Below are positions 54,030 to 64,000 of a DNA stretch of 64,000 nucleotides, one piece after another. The position numbers and the translations under genes were made by a program. The notes under the pieces are model-generated. The model saw nothing but the letters and a program-made list of their open reading frames with translations. It did no database searches and had not been told where the DNA came from. The stretch is from Amphiscolops sp. MND2022 (taxonomy: Eukaryota). Positions within the stretch are counted from its first letter, which is position 1. The number at the start of each line of letters is the position of its first letter. The stretch lies in the NCBI GenBank assembly GCA_964187785.1, contig OZ076409.1, positions 41,914,001-41,978,000 on the forward strand, given 5' to 3'.

Positions 54030-54130
54030 TTGTCGGTTCTTTTGTAACAAAGAGGGCTCGACTCTTACAGCGGCAAGTGTTTTCACAGACTGAATGGTCC
54101 ACCCTTTACAAACTTTACGTGCAAATTTTG
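54030..54130 (+). mobile_element. HINE terminus in opposite orientation (fragment)
   Basis: TGTCGGTTCTTTT..AAGAGGGCTCGACTCTTACAG is the reverse complement of the CTGTAAGAGTCGGGC..AAAAGCGCCGACT end seen in other copies. Confidence 0.5.
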
Positions 54131-54998
54131 AAGGGTACCCAAGGAGCCCATGGAGGGTAAATGGTACTCCCATTAAGTTTTTGTATAATTTACCGCATCT
54201 TCGAAGCTATTCGGGACCAAAGATTACCCATTAGGGATTTGTTCGGCACTGAACGACTTTTTTTGAAAACAATTTCGAAAATGACACGATTTTGCTTTTT
54301 GGTGTTTTCAGTTGGAGAAATGCGTTTTCCGTGCACGAAAAGCTCCTTCTATGTGTTTTCGGCACTCTTAAACTTGTGAGATTTTCCTTATGAAAGACAC
54401 TTGAGATGTTCCCCTTTTATTTTATAGTACGTTATGACAAAATGCTCCGGGGGATCCCCTCATTTTCAAAATTGCAACATTACATACAACTCACTTCTTT
54501 TTCAGAAAAAAAACAACTTCCTTTCTTGCTTTCGCTCTTAGATATTGTAACCTGTTATTCATACTCCAATTAATTTGTTCGGCCTGTTTGATAATTTAAT
54601 ATCGCAAAAAAAAACGATCTTTCCTGTTCAACTGGGAATTTTGACTTGGCCAAGTCATTATAAAAGGTCGAATTCATTCTTGGTAGGTACTGAACTTGGT
54701 AGGTACTGATAATGATGCAACATGAGGCAATAACATCTCTCTAATTGCAGATGATTAACACGAAAAGCATTAGCTTTGAAAAGTTTCTCTCTCTCGGGAA
54801 ATCACAGCCATGCAGTTATCCTTTTCTGCATTATACTTTAAGACATTTGATAATTTGATATGATTTTAATGAAGCCATGTACTGTTATTTTCTAGAATGT
54901 GAATGTGAAGAATCTTTTTAGAACGTTTAAAAATGGGCTGAATATTTTCTGGTTTCTGTTTTTTTTTCATGTTCAAAGATTTTCAAAGGAAAAGGAGG

Positions 54999-57900
54999 TG
55001 TACAGCAGCAAAACAGATCTGTACTAGCTTAGTTCTTTGTAAAAGAAACTATATTTTAATCATTTAACTTTACTTCCTGAAAGTTCCAACACCAATGACT
55101 AATAAATACGCGGGTTAAATCAACTTTAGATATTTCATGTGCAAAATAAGGAAATGAATCATCAATAATTTTCAAAAGTATTGAACATATCGCCCGTCTT
55201 GATTTTCTCTACGCAAATCAACTGAATTGCGAGTCAGTCGGTGGTAGGCAGTGGAAGTTTCCTCAGTTTATGAACGGCTCGATTATATTCTCCACTTCCT
55301 GTCTTTACTTTAACAACCCTGACAATGGAATCTCGCCCAACGTAAAGTTGCTTGACACGTCCTAGTGGCCATTGTAGAGGTGGAACATTATCATCAGTAA
55401 TGTACACTAAATCTCCAGGTTTTATATTGGGGACTTCATTCCTCCATTTGCTTCTTTCCTGGAGACTAGCGACGTACTCTTTACTCCATCGCTTCCAGAA
55501 ATGTGTCAATTTTGCTTGGATACAAGCCCATCTTTTTTTCGAATTGCAATGCGAACCTGAGATTGCATCCTGATTAACTTCTGCTGTTGATGGCAAGGCT
55601 TCCAACTTTGCACCCATACACAAATCTGCTGGAGTGAGTGGTAATTCATCTTTAGGATCATGACTCAGAAAACTGATGGGGCGAGAATTCAAAACCATTT
55701 CAATCTGACAGAAAAGTGTCTCCAGTTCTTCATAGTTTAGGACACATTTGCCCATGACACGTCGCAGGTGCTTTTTAGCGCTTTTTATGGCCGCTTCCCA
55801 CAAGCCACCGAAATGGGGAGCCCTGGGAGGAATGAACGTCCAAACAACTGACAATCCTGCTAAATAAGCCTGCAAGGAATCGCTATGATCGGCTACAAGT
55901 AGCCTTTGTAGTTCTTTCAGCTCTGCTTGCGCTCCAGTGAAGTTTGTCCCGTTATCGCTAAATATCCTCTTAGGACAGCCTCGGCGAGAAACAAATCTTC
56001 GTAGTGCAGCAATGAAGGCTTGCGAACTCAAATCGGACACTAACTCCAAATGCACAGCACGGCTAGCAAAACAAATGAAAAGTGCCATATAAACTTTAGC
56101 CTCCTTCGAGCCACCTGTTTTACACAAAAACGGTCCTCCAAAGTCAATGCCAATATCTTGAAAAGCTCGAAGTGGAACATCTATTCTTTCCTTTGGCAAA
56201 TCACCCATCAGAGGATTATTGGCTCTGGTTTGAAAGCGACAGCACGACACACAATTTCTAACTATTTTTCGTATCAGGTTTCTACAACTAGGAATCCAGT
56301 ATTTAGTTCTGACAAGAGCCAAAACTTGATTTGGTCCAGCATGCAATGTAGCATGGTGAGAATCCAGGAAAATAGAGCTAGCTAAATTGCTTTGTTGCGA
56401 AACGAGGCGTTGAAATTCCGCTTCATCGTTGAATTTACCATTAGCTAAGCGTCCTCCAACGCAGAGAACTCCATCGTTCAGAAAAGGATACAGCAATTGA
56501 ATTTTACTCGACTTTTTTACTTGTGAACTAGTTTGAAGCGTATTTATTTCATCAGAGTAGAATTTTTTCTGTTCCTGTATGAGGAGATTGCTCATGGCTT
56601 CAGTTAGCTCGCTGGCTGTAATGAAGTTAGGATAACTGGTTTTATATTTGCAGATGGAGATAAACCTCTTGACATAAGCAACAATTCTGAGAGCCTTTCT
56701 CAAGGAACGTTGTGCTGATAAATCAATAATATCTTCAGATTCTGCAACTTGAGACACATTAATCAAAAATTTTCGTTTCAGTTCCTCTTTCGTGGTAGGT
56801 AATTCCAATTTCTTCGGAAGTGCGCCGGTGATCAACCACTCAGGGCCTTGCCACCATAAACTTAATTGTTTCAGACTGGAAGGGTCTACTCCCCGGGATG
56901 CACAATCCGCAGAATTTTCATGAGAAAGTACATGGTTCCATCTCAAATTACTACTTTCCTGAATTTCTGCTACTCTATTAGCAACAAATGTAGACCAATT
57001 ACTTGCTTCTCGGTTCAGCCAACTGAGAACAATAGTAGAATCCGTCCACGCGAATGTCTTGTCAATATTTAATTCCATTTTTTGTAACGATTTAATCACT
57101 GATGATAAAAGTCGACATCCAAGTAGAGCAGCACAAAGCTCCAAACGAGGAATGGTTTTTGATTTTATCGAGGCTACTTTTGACTTTGCGACAAGTAAAG
57201 ATGACCTTCGCTCACCGTTGTTCTGCGAAACTACGAAGACACAAGCTGCATAGCCGAGTTCCGAAGCGTCACAAAATACATGGAGGTCTAAAATATCCAA
57301 TTGATCCTTTTTCAGAACGAATCTATCCAATTCGATCATTTCAATGCAACCGAGTCGTTCTAGCCAATCCACGTACTCCCGTGATAGGTCAACAGGCAAT
57401 ATTTGATCCCAATCTAGTTTTGCAATCCAAGCTTTCTGCATCAGGCACTTCAGGGAAATTATGACCGGTGTTAACCAACCAAGAGGGTCAAATGTTTGAG
57501 CAATATCACTCAGCATTTGGCGTTTGGTGATTGATTCTGCCTTCAAGGATTTCGATTTCGAAATAGTGAAGCGAAACTTATCCGACGAAGGGTTCCAAAC
57601 AATTCCTAATGTCGTTATTGTGTGTTCTTCGTCTAGAAATTTGAAGTTTTCGTTAGCCTCCCTGTACTCAGGTGGGAGACTCAGAACAAGTTCTGGATCA
57701 CTACTCGTCCATTTCCTCAAATCAAATTGAGCCTGCTTCAGAGTTAAAATTAGACCAGTTTGAAGTTCCTTTGCCTTTGATGCAGAACTAGTGCCAGTCA
57801 AAATATCATCGACGTAAAAATCACGTTGAAGTGCTTCTTTGACCTCTTTGGGAGTTGTTTCAAAGTTTCCACATTCTGATAAAGATCGAATGGAATGAAA

Positions 57901-59381
57901 AGATGAACTAGCCACACCATATGTTACGCGGGTCATTCTAAATGTCCCAATTTCCTTTTTGCCTGAGAATCGCCAAAGTATACGATGAAAATCTCGATCA
58001 CATTTCTGTAATTCGACTTGACGATACATTTTAGCTACGTCTGCGGACATCGCTACCTTGAAAAATCGGAATCGAATAAGAATATCGAATAAATCATCTT
58101 GAAATTCAGGGCCTACCATTAGGCAATCATTCAAAGAGAAACCACTTGTTGTTTTTGCACTTGCATCAAAAACAACTCGCAGTTTTGTTGTGGAACTGTC
58201 TTCCTTGAACACGCAATGATGAGGAAGATAAAAGTTCTGAGGGTTATTCAGTTCGCTATTTGGCACTTTCTCCATGTGTCCTAAGTCAATAAACTCGGTT
58301 ATGAAGTCTGAGTACCTTTTTTGCAACTCGGGATCACGTTTCAATTTTCTTTCCAAGTTTAAAAACCGTCGCATAGCAAGGTTTTTGCTCAAACCTAGTT
58401 TGAACTCTCCTCCCTTGAAAGGCATTCGAACGACAAATCGACCTTCGTGATTACGTTTTGTTGTGGACAAAAAATGTTCCTCACATTGGGTTTCTTCAAG
58501 AGTTAGCAGTTTGCGTGCAGGGACTTCTTCTAGCGCCCAAAACTTACTTAGAAGGGAATCAGTGGTCGGTGTCGTGATAACATGACAAGAAAAGTAATTG
58601 ACTTCAGCTGTCGTCGTTTTGATCGGACCAGACACAATCCAACCAAATATTGATTCCCGCAGGTAAACACCGTTATCTTTAATACGGTTGTCCAACATGA
58701 CTTCTTCAACGACGTCTGCTCCAAGCAAAACATCAATAGTGCTAGGCACGTTGAATTGGGGGTCGGCCATATTTAAATTTCGAATATGCCGCATTTGTGA
58801 AATGTCGATTTCATGTGATGGAATGTGGTTTGTTATCTTTGGTAAGATAAACATATTAACATCAATTGAGTCGTTGAGCTTTGTGGCTAGCAACTGATTG
58901 ACTCTTTGCGTGATACCAGCACCGAGTGGTGTCAACGTAGTGCTTGTCTTTTTCATAGGCAACATCAGTGCACGAGCTTTATCACTGGTGATGAAACTGG
59001 CTTGGGATCCGGAGTCCAGCATAGCGCGCAGATGAACTGGATTTCCTTTAGAATCTCGAATAGACACTAAAGCGGTTGCTAGAAGAACAGAAACAGGAGG
59101 AACTTGAGCACTACAATGGTTATTTGTCATTGTATTCATCTGATCACCTCGAGTCCAATCATTTTCCTTTTTGATTGTACATGCGGACCAAATGTACAGC
59201 AGCAAAACAGATCTGTACTAGCTTAGTTCTTTGTAAAAGAAACTATATTTTAATCATTTAACTTTACTTCCTGAAAGTTCCAACACCAATGACTAATAAA
59301 TACGCGGGTTAAATCAACTTTAGATATTTCATGTGCAAAATAAGGAAATGAATCATCAATAATTTTCAAAAGTATTGAACA
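54999..59381 (-). mobile_element. Very young Bel/Pao LTR retrotransposon lacking gag (4383 bp)
   Basis: Identical 189-bp LTRs (54999-55187, 59193-59381; TGTTCA...TGTACA on the minus strand); perfect 5-bp TSD GGAGG (54994-54998, 59382-59386); PBS-like TGGTCCGCA 2 nt after the 5' LTR; PPT-like AAGACGGGCGATA. Confidence 0.97.
55234..59139 (-). CDS. pol: Intact Bel/Pao Pol polyprotein (protease-RT-RNaseH-integrase), 1301 aa from the first in-frame ATG
   Basis: Uninterrupted ORF: LDSGSQ protease, YLPHH, RVVFDAS, YVDD, FCDAS, IPRLEL, HHATLH..CVSC, IDFGGP, SDNGTNF, GGLWE; no PHD, DUF1759-like or CCHC gag region. Confidence 0.95.
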   Translation of the reverse strand: MNTMTNNHCSAQVPPVSVLLATALVSIRDSKGNPVHLRAMLDSGSQASFITSDKARALMLPMKKTSTTLTPLGAGITQRVNQLLATKLNDSIDVNMFILPKITNHIPSHEIDISQMRHIRNLNMADPQFNVPSTIDVLLGADVVEEVMLDNRIKDNGVYLRESIFGWIVSGPIKTTTAEVNYFSCHVITTPTTDSLLSKFWALEEVPARKLLTLEETQCEEHFLSTTKRNHEGRFVVRMPFKGGEFKLGLSKNLAMRRFLNLERKLKRDPELQKRYSDFITEFIDLGHMEKVPNSELNNPQNFYLPHHCVFKEDSSTTKLRVVFDASAKTTSGFSLNDCLMVGPEFQDDLFDILIRFRFFKVAMSADVAKMYRQVELQKCDRDFHRILWRFSGKKEIGTFRMTRVTYGVASSSFHSIRSLSECGNFETTPKEVKEALQRDFYVDDILTGTSSASKAKELQTGLILTLKQAQFDLRKWTSSDPELVLSLPPEYREANENFKFLDEEHTITTLGIVWNPSSDKFRFTISKSKSLKAESITKRQMLSDIAQTFDPLGWLTPVIISLKCLMQKAWIAKLDWDQILPVDLSREYVDWLERLGCIEMIELDRFVLKKDQLDILDLHVFCDASELGYAACVFVVSQNNGERRSSLLVAKSKVASIKSKTIPRLELCAALLGCRLLSSVIKSLQKMELNIDKTFAWTDSTIVLSWLNREASNWSTFVANRVAEIQESSNLRWNHVLSHENSADCASRGVDPSSLKQLSLWWQGPEWLITGALPKKLELPTTKEELKRKFLINVSQVAESEDIIDLSAQRSLRKALRIVAYVKRFISICKYKTSYPNFITASELTEAMSNLLIQEQKKFYSDEINTLQTSSQVKKSSKIQLLYPFLNDGVLCVGGRLANGKFNDEAEFQRLVSQQSNLASSIFLDSHHATLHAGPNQVLALVRTKYWIPSCRNLIRKIVRNCVSCCRFQTRANNPLMGDLPKERIDVPLRAFQDIGIDFGGPFLCKTGGSKEAKVYMALFICFASRAVHLELVSDLSSQAFIAALRRFVSRRGCPKRIFSDNGTNFTGAQAELKELQRLLVADHSDSLQAYLAGLSVVWTFIPPRAPHFGGLWEAAIKSAKKHLRRVMGKCVLNYEELETLFCQIEMVLNSRPISFLSHDPKDELPLTPADLCMGAKLEALPSTAEVNQDAISGSHCNSKKRWACIQAKLTHFWKRWSKEYVASLQERSKWRNEVPNIKPGDLVYITDDNVPPLQWPLGRVKQLYVGRDSIVRVVKVKTGSGEYNRAVHKLRKLPLPTTD

Positions 59382-59555
59382 GGAGGCTCTCAAAAATTTA
59401 TGTGAAATTATAAATAAATTGTAAAAAACTGCCATTGTAATTTCAAAGTAATAACATAAAAACATCGCTTAGCTCTTCAACATATACATGTATACACGAT
59501 AAACTAGAAACTAAAACATCAAATTCATCGCAATTGATTTGAAAAAAAAATTTAG

Positions 59556-59815
59556 ACGGCGAAGACGAAGACCTGACGACCCTGGAATCCATGGTGGGCA
59601 AGTACCCGAGTAACATGTACGCATGTGGCAATGACTCACACCAGCACATAATGGCCGGATGGGAGTGTGACTCATACAAGAACTGCGCCAATGGCTTCGA
59701 TGAGTTGAACTGTCAGCAGAACCGCACTTGTACTAAGAATTTCTACCTGTGCGAGGAGGGTTACAGCTGCATCATGGATAACTTTCTGTGTGACGACTTT
59801 TTGGATTGCGTAAAT
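59556..59815 (+). CDS. Host gene exon: end of LDLa module 3, module 4 and most of module 5
   Basis: Acceptor TTTAG|AC (phase 1, G+AC=GAC gives DDCG-D-GEDE, completing the LDLa acidic motif); donor AAT|GTAAGT (phase 0); encodes ..YACGNDSHQHIMAGWECDSYKNCANGFDELNC..TCTKNFYLCEEGYSCIMDNFLCDDFLDCVN. Confidence 0.92.
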
Positions 59816-59986
59816 GTAAGTACATGTAAATGCACTGATCATTACAATCAAAAAATAAATCAGATTATTGAAGCAATCCTTCTATCAAAAACTACATGGG
59901 TTGAGATCCCATGTGACTCGATGCATGCCCACGCATGATCCATGCGAATTCACACATGGACCATCAATGACCATGGCACATTTCAG

Positions 59987-60017
59987 CTACAAGGACAACG
60001 CATGGAGACAACGGGAA
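59987..60017 (+). CDS. Candidate 31-nt micro-exon of the LDLa gene
   Basis: TTTCAG|CTACAAGGACAACGCATGGAGACAACGGGAA|GTATGT; open in phase 0 (LQGQRMETTG + A), ending where a GSDE motif could be completed. Confidence 0.4.
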
Positions 60018-60301
60018 GTATGTCGGTTGAAACGTAGGAACCCTTGTTGAAACTGCTTGAACTTTTTGAATGTTCTTTAAAGCTACCACCAACTTTTATT
60101 ACGAATTCTCTGGTTGAGAAAAAATACAGATCCTGAAAGAATTCTGACGGAAAAGGTACTTCTTGCAAGATTCTTGTGAGATTCTTACAAGATTTGTAAT
60201 ACCAGTGAAACATTTTGCAATATTTATATCAAAATACCGGCAAACATACTTTTGAAAATTTCGAAGTTTCTAGGTGCGCGGCAATGTTGGATTATGGTAC
60301 A

Positions 60302-60949
60302 ACAAGACGGGAACGTCTAAAGTCGGCGCTATATCCAAAGCTCAAAAAGCGCAAAGTTTTTAAAATTGTTGAAGGGGACCCTTTGGGCTTTTTGAAAATA
60401 CAGTTTGTTGCAAAATATCAAAAAAATGAAAGAGGGACCCTTTGGAGACATCAAAAAATTGTCGAAAAACATTTTCGAAAAAAACGAATAATGAGACGTT
60501 TGAACAGTCTCATTGTGCCGAAAAATGTAAAATGGGAACCCTTTGGGCTTTTTCAACACCCATCCAGTTGCAATATATCAAAAAACTTAAAGGAGAACAT
60601 GGAGATAAAAAAATTCGAAAAAAGTCACAAAGCCGAAAAAAGGGCAAGGAAAGTCTCACTGAGAAAACCCAGAAGAGTCCCCCCTTCGATTTTTTTCGGC
60701 ACAGTGCGACTTTTTTCGAACATTTTTTAACGTCTCAAAAGAGTCCCCCCTTCGAGGTTTTATAGATTACGTTAAAAAAGTAAAAAAATGAAACGTGGGA
60801 CCCTTTGCACTAAGTTTGCATTGGCCGGATTTAGTAGTTTCTGTAAAAAATGGTACATACACGATGAGGTATGTGGTCTGACGAAAAAAAAAGAAAAAAT
60901 ACTAGCCACTGTAATAGTCGGGCTCTTTTCACTAGAAAAGCGCCGACTA
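60302..60949 (-). mobile_element. HINE-like element, divergent subfamily
   Basis: Head ACAAGACGGGAACGTCTAAAGTCGGCGC; terminal hairpin TAGTCGGGCTCTTTTC-ACTA-GAAAAGCGCCGACTA. Confidence 0.78.
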
Positions 60950-60986
60950 CAGAGACTTAAAATCTTTTTTGGTGTATTAAGATAGG

Positions 60987-63900
60987 TGTTACCGATAATC
61001 ACGCGTTGGTGAAGATCTTCTATCTTTATTGGGTAATTGTATAACCGAGGGTATATGAAGTTAGTTATGATAAAAGAAACGATTGTTATATTCGGTTCAT
61101 ACCGGCTTGACCTCTACCGTAAATTCGGATACCAGCAGTCTAGAAGCTAGGAGTTGTTTACCAACAAACTCTAAATAGACTCTCATACCATACATACGTT
61201 TATACTTTTGTTTTGGTTATAATACAGTGATACAAACGTAGATCTATCTCTTTTAACAATTTCCTTTTCTCTTAACCTATATCCCTAGAATAGAACATGG
61301 CGCAGTCAGCCGATTTTTAAACTGTGTAAACCCTTCATAACGGAAAACAATGGCTGAAAGAAATACCGTCCCAAACCTAGAAACAAAAGCCACAGACGGA
61401 AACCCAGTATTTACACCGAGACAATGGCTTGAAAGGTTCCGGCAGTTTTGTAAACGGGAACACAAAATCGATATTACCCCATTACTGAAAGGAGAAAATA
61501 TTACGGACGCAAATTGGAACGGAAAAGAACAAGCCGTACAAGAAGATTTCATATGGGGAGTGGGACCGGAAGCACTATACCAAATAACCAGGGCCGAATA
61601 TAAAACGGAACCCGACAGTATAAAAGTGAAGGACCTAATCCGGTTATTCACCGAATTCTACATGCCGAAACGAAACACTTACCACAACCGAGGCGACTTC
61701 TTTTGGGCAAAGCAAACCGAAGATGAGACACCGGATGAATTCTGGAGACGACTAATTGAAATCGAAAAAGAGTGTAACTTTAATGCAATATCAGCCGAAG
61801 AATTGTTGATATCAAAATACATGACCGCAATCACCGATAAAAAACTACGGGACAAAATAATGAAAGAAAAAACGCTGGAACTGAAGAAAATAATCGAACT
61901 GATCAAACAAAATACATACGAAAAAAAGAATAAAAAGAACACAATACCGGAAGTTTTGATATCAACAAAAGAAAAACACATGATAAAGGAAGAACCAATA
62001 CAAAGAATGGAACGATTCGGTAACAGACCGAAAAATAAAAACAACGGAAACCGTACATGCAGCTTTTGCAATGCTCCAAACTGGACACCGATGCACAAAT
62101 GTCCCGCACTAGAAGCGAACTGCAACAAATGCGGAAAGAAGGGACATTACGCAAAAGCATGCAGACTGAAATTCAATAACAACCGAACAGTGAAAAGACT
62201 AACCGAAGAAGAAATGAACGAACCGGACGAATCAACAAGCGAATCAGACGAGAGTATACACCACATAAAAGAAATCAAGAAGATAAATGAAATGAACAAA
62301 CACTTTACAGCGGTAGTACGAGTTAACGGGGTAAAGAAAGAATTCATAATTGACACCGGATCACCCATTTCAATTATGCCACCCGACGAAAGAATTATAA
62401 AATCAACCGAAATTCAGAAAATAACCAACCGATACCAAGATGTGAACAAAAACGAAGTGAAATTCCGGGGAAAAATTCCGGTAAACATCGAACATGAAAA
62501 TAATAATCAAAAAATGGAAATCCTAATAACCGAGAGAACAGATATAACACCATTACTCGGTATGGACTGGATGAAGAAATTCAAACTGACAATCAGAAGA
62601 ATACAATTAGCCGAGAACAACCAATCAGAACGCGAGAAAATATTTAACAAATTTCCGGATCTATTTGAGAACAACGACACAATCAAAGATACCGAAATAA
62701 ATATCCAATTAAAACCTGGACACTACCCGGTAAAACAAAAAGCTAGACCGATACCACTACATCTACAGGAAGATGTTGGAAGGGAATTAGAAAAAGTAAT
62801 AAAATCCGGACATTTGGAAAAAGTAAAAGACGTAGACGAAGATTGCTTCGTATCACCGGTGGTAATAACCGTGAAGAACGATAAATCGGTGAAAATAGCT
62901 CTGGACTCACGCAAATTAAATGACAGCTGTATTAAAATGAGACCGCACATGCCGAAAATGGAAGAACTGTTAAACCAAATTTCGGTAGAAATAACACGTG
63001 ACCGAACACTACAACTATTCATGTCAAAGATCGACTTGGATTATGCGTACGGCCAAATGAAATTGTCCGAAGAAACAAGCAGACAATGCGTATTCACATT
63101 AACCGGAGGAAAATTCAGTGGATACTACCGGTTTAAAAAAGGTTTCTACGGCCTGTACACCGGCTTGGCTAGACGATATTATCGTGGTAACCCGAGGAAA
63201 CAAACAAGACCACGAGAAAAAGTTATTCGAAATACTGATTAAACTAGAAAAAGCCGGGTACCGAGCAAGTAAAAAGAAATCCGAATTCTTCATGAACCGC
63301 ACAAAATGGCTGGGACACGAAATTGATGAAAACGGAATTAAACCGAACGAAGAAAAAGTGGAAGCAATATCAAAATTAAAACCACCGGAAAATACAAAAG
63401 AACTAAAATCATTTCTCGGAGCAATACAATACATGGCAAAATATCTACCAAAACTGTCGGAGCGGGACGATAGATTGAGAAAATTACTCTAAAAGAATGA
63501 ACAGTGGAAATGGGGACCGGAACAAGAAACGGATTTTAACCGAATAAAACAAATGCTTACCGAAGGCCCATGCTCGGCACACTACGCAAAAGAAAAAGAC
63601 AATATAGTGACAACCGACGCCAACACAACCGGGCTGGGAATAACACTCTGGCAAAAACAAAATGACGGAAATACAAAACCGATAGCGTACGGAAGCAGAT
63701 ATTTGAATGAAACCGAAAAGAAATTATCAGAGGGCGAATTGGAATTATTGGCGGTAGTGTGGGGATTAGAGAAACTCCGATTTTATCTATACGGGAAGAA
63801 AGTTCACCTATACACCGACCACCAAGCATTGGAACCACTCATAAAAAGAAACCGAAGTAATAAACAATACAGCGCGAGATTGACAAGGTGGTTAGACCGC

Positions 63901-64000
63901 CTAACGCATTTTGATATATCAATACAACATATCGCAGGCAGTAATTTGAAATTTACCGATTATCTCAGCAGGAATCCGGTAGGGGGAGCTATACCGGAAG
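60987..64000 (+). mobile_element. Ty3/Gypsy (Mag-like) LTR retrotransposon, 5' part, running off the window
   Basis: 5' LTR ends ...GAACA at 61297 (start TGTT at ~60987 uncertain); PBS TGGCGCAGTC (tRNA-Ser-like); single gag-pol frame from 61350. Confidence 0.93.
61350..64000 (+). pseudogene. Gypsy gag-pol, recently disabled
   Basis: Two zinc knuckles (CSFC..HKC, CNKCGKKGHYAKAC), protease IDTGS, RT KIDLDYAYGQ / FYGL / WLDD, RNase H TDA..ELLAVVWG..TDHQAL; frameshifting deletion near 63155 and stop at 63490-63492. Confidence 0.92.

Noticed and set aside
59140..59205. N-terminal 22 codons of the 1323-aa ORF as real coding sequence
   Set aside because: They begin at a TTG inside the LTR and cross the PBS; the first ATG is at 59139.

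Overview
AT-rich eukaryotic (almost certainly invertebrate animal) genomic DNA; the species cannot be read from the sequence. The window lies mostly within the large introns of one + strand host gene encoding tandem LDL-receptor class A (LDLa) modules. Three GT-AG exons (9025-9178, 48232-48468, 59556-59815; possibly a 31-nt micro-exon at 59987-60017) splice in frame across introns of about 39.1 kb and 11.1 kb. The non-exonic DNA is packed with mobile elements: a decayed CR1/L2-like LINE, two Bel/Pao elements, a decayed Copia, several Gypsy elements or remnants, a family of Helentron/DINE-1-like non-autonomous elements, tRNA-derived SINE heads, a 3.45-kb recent tandem duplication, long near-perfect palindromes and a 10.4-kb tandem array. 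Best leads: (1) the ~460-bp satellite monomer appears to derive from the LTR-end/PBS/gag N-terminus of a Gypsy element, amplified about 21 times in situ with higher-order structure; (2) a very young Bel/Pao element with identical 189-bp LTRs, a perfect TSD and an intact ~1300-aa pol but no gag; (3) adjacent LDLa modules that each lost one complete disulfide pair; (4) a compensatory stem change in the Helentron-like terminal hairpin. All alignments, counts and identities were done by eye and are approximate.
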